64,000 nt of DNA from Lama glama (lineage: Eukaryota), in assembly GCA_028534125.1 (NCBI GenBank), contig CM052822.1, forward strand, positions 58,900,001-58,964,000. The letters are read 5' to 3'. Within the stretch, counting starts at the first letter, position 1, and the number at the start of each line of letters is the position of its first letter. Shown here one piece after another: positions 61,592-64,000 of this stretch. The notes beneath the pieces are model-generated. The model had not been told where the DNA came from and did no database searches. It saw only the letters and a program-made list of their open reading frames with translations. A program made the translations under genes and the position numbers.

Positions 61592-63596
61592 ACTCACCTG
61601 AGCGGGCATGTCACAGGAGTCGTGGTTCCCAGGGCTGGGTGTTGCCATCAGGTAGCTTGCAGTCTTTGGTGTCAGACCAAGCACAGGGCCAGGCTTTTCC
61701 AGAGGAGCACTGCCGTGGCAGCCACGTGTCTGAGTGGGTGCCCAGTGGGTTGAGGTCACTACTTGGATGCCCCTCTCCCAGTAGGTGCTGCTTTGTCAGG
61801 TAGCACTGCGGTCTGCAGGTGCCAGGCCCGGAGAAGGCAGCCAGCTCTCCGTGAAGCTGGTTAATTACACTTGAAGCTGCCAGCAGGACGATTGTTCTTT
61901 TCCTGTGGATCATTAATAAACCATCCTGGCCTGCCTAGATGGGATGAGGGAAGTCTCAATTCCATTACCTTCCTCGGCTTCGTCGGGCAGGTCTTCCTTT
62001 CTTCCCTTTCAGTCTAAAGCTTTCAAAATGGCTGGAGGTGAGGCGAGGAGGGAAGAGAAAAATCTGTTTCCACTTAATGCACATGCTTTTCTCCTAAGCT
62101 GGAAAGTGGCTCCCGGCTTTCAGATCGACTTGGCAGCCAGCGTACAAAGGGTTCAAGGCTTGCCATGGGTGGGACGTGCTAGTGGCTCAGCTCCAAATAT
62201 TTGCATCAAACTACAGAACCGGCCCGATTTGGAGACGAGGCAGTGAGTGTGGCAGATGGCAGATAGTCCTGCTCCACTGGGGCCCAAGATGGGCACCATC
62301 TTCCTTTGGCCAAGGCAGCCTCATCCCTGCTCTGCCTGAGCACAGAAAGCATTACTGATTTTTTAGAAACTTCTTTTTTTAGGCAAAGGTGCAAGAAGGC
62401 AAAACAAATAAAATCTGGGAGATGCAGTCTAGTTAGAAACATTTCCCTGTCAAACAAGCTAAAATAGAGCTTTTCCTTTGTCAGAAGAATTTAGAATAGA
62501 AATCTACATTTCTCCATAGAGCATTGAGTGCAAAAATAAAAAATGGACTATAAATAGAAGTAAGCATGACCCATTCAGCTTCCAAGGACTGGAGCACACA
62601 GCCTTCCGAATACCGAATTAGAGCAGTTTATAGCTCTGAGGCCCCTGGTCGTTATATCATCCAGTCCACAAACAGCTTCATAGTTGAGAGCACTGAGCCT
62701 GGAAGCAGGTGATCCCTGGGGCACATTCACAGGGCACTTCCTGGGAGAGTGCAGGTCTCCACACTCCCATCCTGTTGCTCCTCCCTGCACCCCCCCACCT
62801 GCCTCCCTGACAGCAGCCGCCACCACCTGTCCGTCCACTCACAGTGCGAGATGTCCTGTACGAGGGAGTGAAGTGTCCGGGACGGGCGGGCACAAGGGGT
62901 CAGCACATGTGTTCTCTGCACGCTGTTTCCGTGAGAGGACAAGAGGCTGAGTCAGGAGGGGGTCATCGGGGCCTCGGGGTCCTATGAAGAGGGTGCCAAG
63001 CACACGGCACACAGGATGAGAAGGCATGCCCGAGAGGGAGGAGGACAGGTGTCTGACCCACCTGGAATTTTCCATTGTTTTTCCTGATACGTAGAAAAGC
63101 TGCTGTCTTCATGCCAAAAGCTAAGTTTCAGAAAAGCCCAAAAGAAACGACAGTCCTCGCTGTTGTAAGTTGAAGGGGTTTTCTTTCTTTTTTCTCTGTA
63201 TATGGGTGTGTTGGGGGTGGGGGTTACAGTACTGTTTTGCTTTGTTTTTTCACCGAGAGAGTTGGTGGGGAGGTCAGATTTCCCAGCTGGAAGTGCTCCT
63301 CAAACTCAAGCCCTGTGTTCTGGTCGCATTCAGCCCAGGCACAGGGTGGACCCTGGGTGCCCTCCTTCCCTCCCAGCACCCTGTGCTCTTAGACCTGCCC
63401 CCTCTGCTCTCACAGGAGGCTGATCCAAAAGCCATGCTGTGTTCTCAGGGTCCGGGTTTCCCCTCCACTCTGTAGCTGAGGCTGGTGACCCATCTTGTTG
63501 ACGGTGATGTCTGTCTGTCTTTCATGGGGTTGGCAAGTGGGGGAGGAACTAATTACATTTTCCGGCAATTTTTTTTTTTATTAACTCTGATTTTTT

Positions 63597-63736
63597 NNNN
63601 NNNNNNNNNNNNNNNNNNNNNNNNNNNNNNNNNNNNNNNNNNNNNNNNNNNNNNNNNNNNNNNNNNNNNNNNNNNNNNNNNNNNNNNNNNNNNNNNNNNN
63701 NNNNNNNNNNNNNNNNNNNNNNNNNNNNNNNNNNNN
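63597..63736. other. Assembly gap
   Basis: Run of N. Confidence 1.
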
Positions 63737-64000
63737 TCAGGGCTGGAGAATTCAATAGGAATAATAAGCATTTATATGGTGCAATGACAACTTTGATACA
63801 GGGCATAATTTTCTGGGGATTGCTATTAATTGTGCTTCTGCCTGTGAATGGCCCCCTGGTGAGGGGCTTTGAACACCACGCAGAGTTAAGCTGTATTAAA
63901 CATCAATTAAAACAGCATAAAATAGAAACGAAATAAAATATGCAAAGGTCAGGATGGCTGTGAACATGCAGATGAGGCCCTGGAGAGAGAGGGTGAGTGC

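Larger units (their letters stand above)
47997..64000 (+). other. SND1: SND1 intron downstream of the exon (human intron 16 equivalent, host of SND1-IT1 and antisense LRRC4), 3' end outside the window
   Basis: Begins GTAGGA; the next SND1 peptide (VEVEVESMDKAGNFIGW...) was not found in the window. Confidence 0.85.

Noticed and set aside
12661-62954. Scattered AP-1 sites (TGACTCA/TGAGTCA), about seven noticed
   Set aside because: About eight expected by chance in 64 kb; no enrichment.
47997-64000. LRRC4 coding sequence or a miRNA hairpin
   Set aside because: No long leucine-rich-repeat ORF on the minus strand and no pre-miRNA-length hairpin noticed; these are expected beyond the window end.

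Overview
Mammalian genomic DNA, probably from a camelid (two tRNA-derived Vic-1-type SINEs; no Alu, B1 or BovB recognised). The window is almost entirely intronic. The one recognisable coding segment is a 110-nt internal exon of SND1 (Tudor-SN/p100) at 47887-47996 (+), encoding (G)[36 protein letters not shown]. It corresponds to human exon 16 as I recall the numbering, and the ORF track misses it because it is in another frame. Positions 1-47886 are therefore the upstream intron and 47997-64000 the start of the large downstream intron, which in human hosts SND1-IT1/NAG8 and, further on, the antisense gene LRRC4; no LRRC4 coding sequence is visible here. The rest is old repeats (MIR, L2, L3/CR1, L1M, hAT MITEs), two microsatellites, four assembly gaps and repeat-free blocks with enhancer-like motifs. 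I see no evidence of a new multi-gene system. The best leads are (i) a REST/RE1-like site beside a GA microsatellite in a promoter-like patch about 1 kb upstream of a candidate exon that would splice in frame to the SND1 exon, and (ii) a broken, L2-embedded counterpart of the human SND1-IT1/NAG8 ORF. Repeat boundaries and subfamilies were judged by eye and are approximate.
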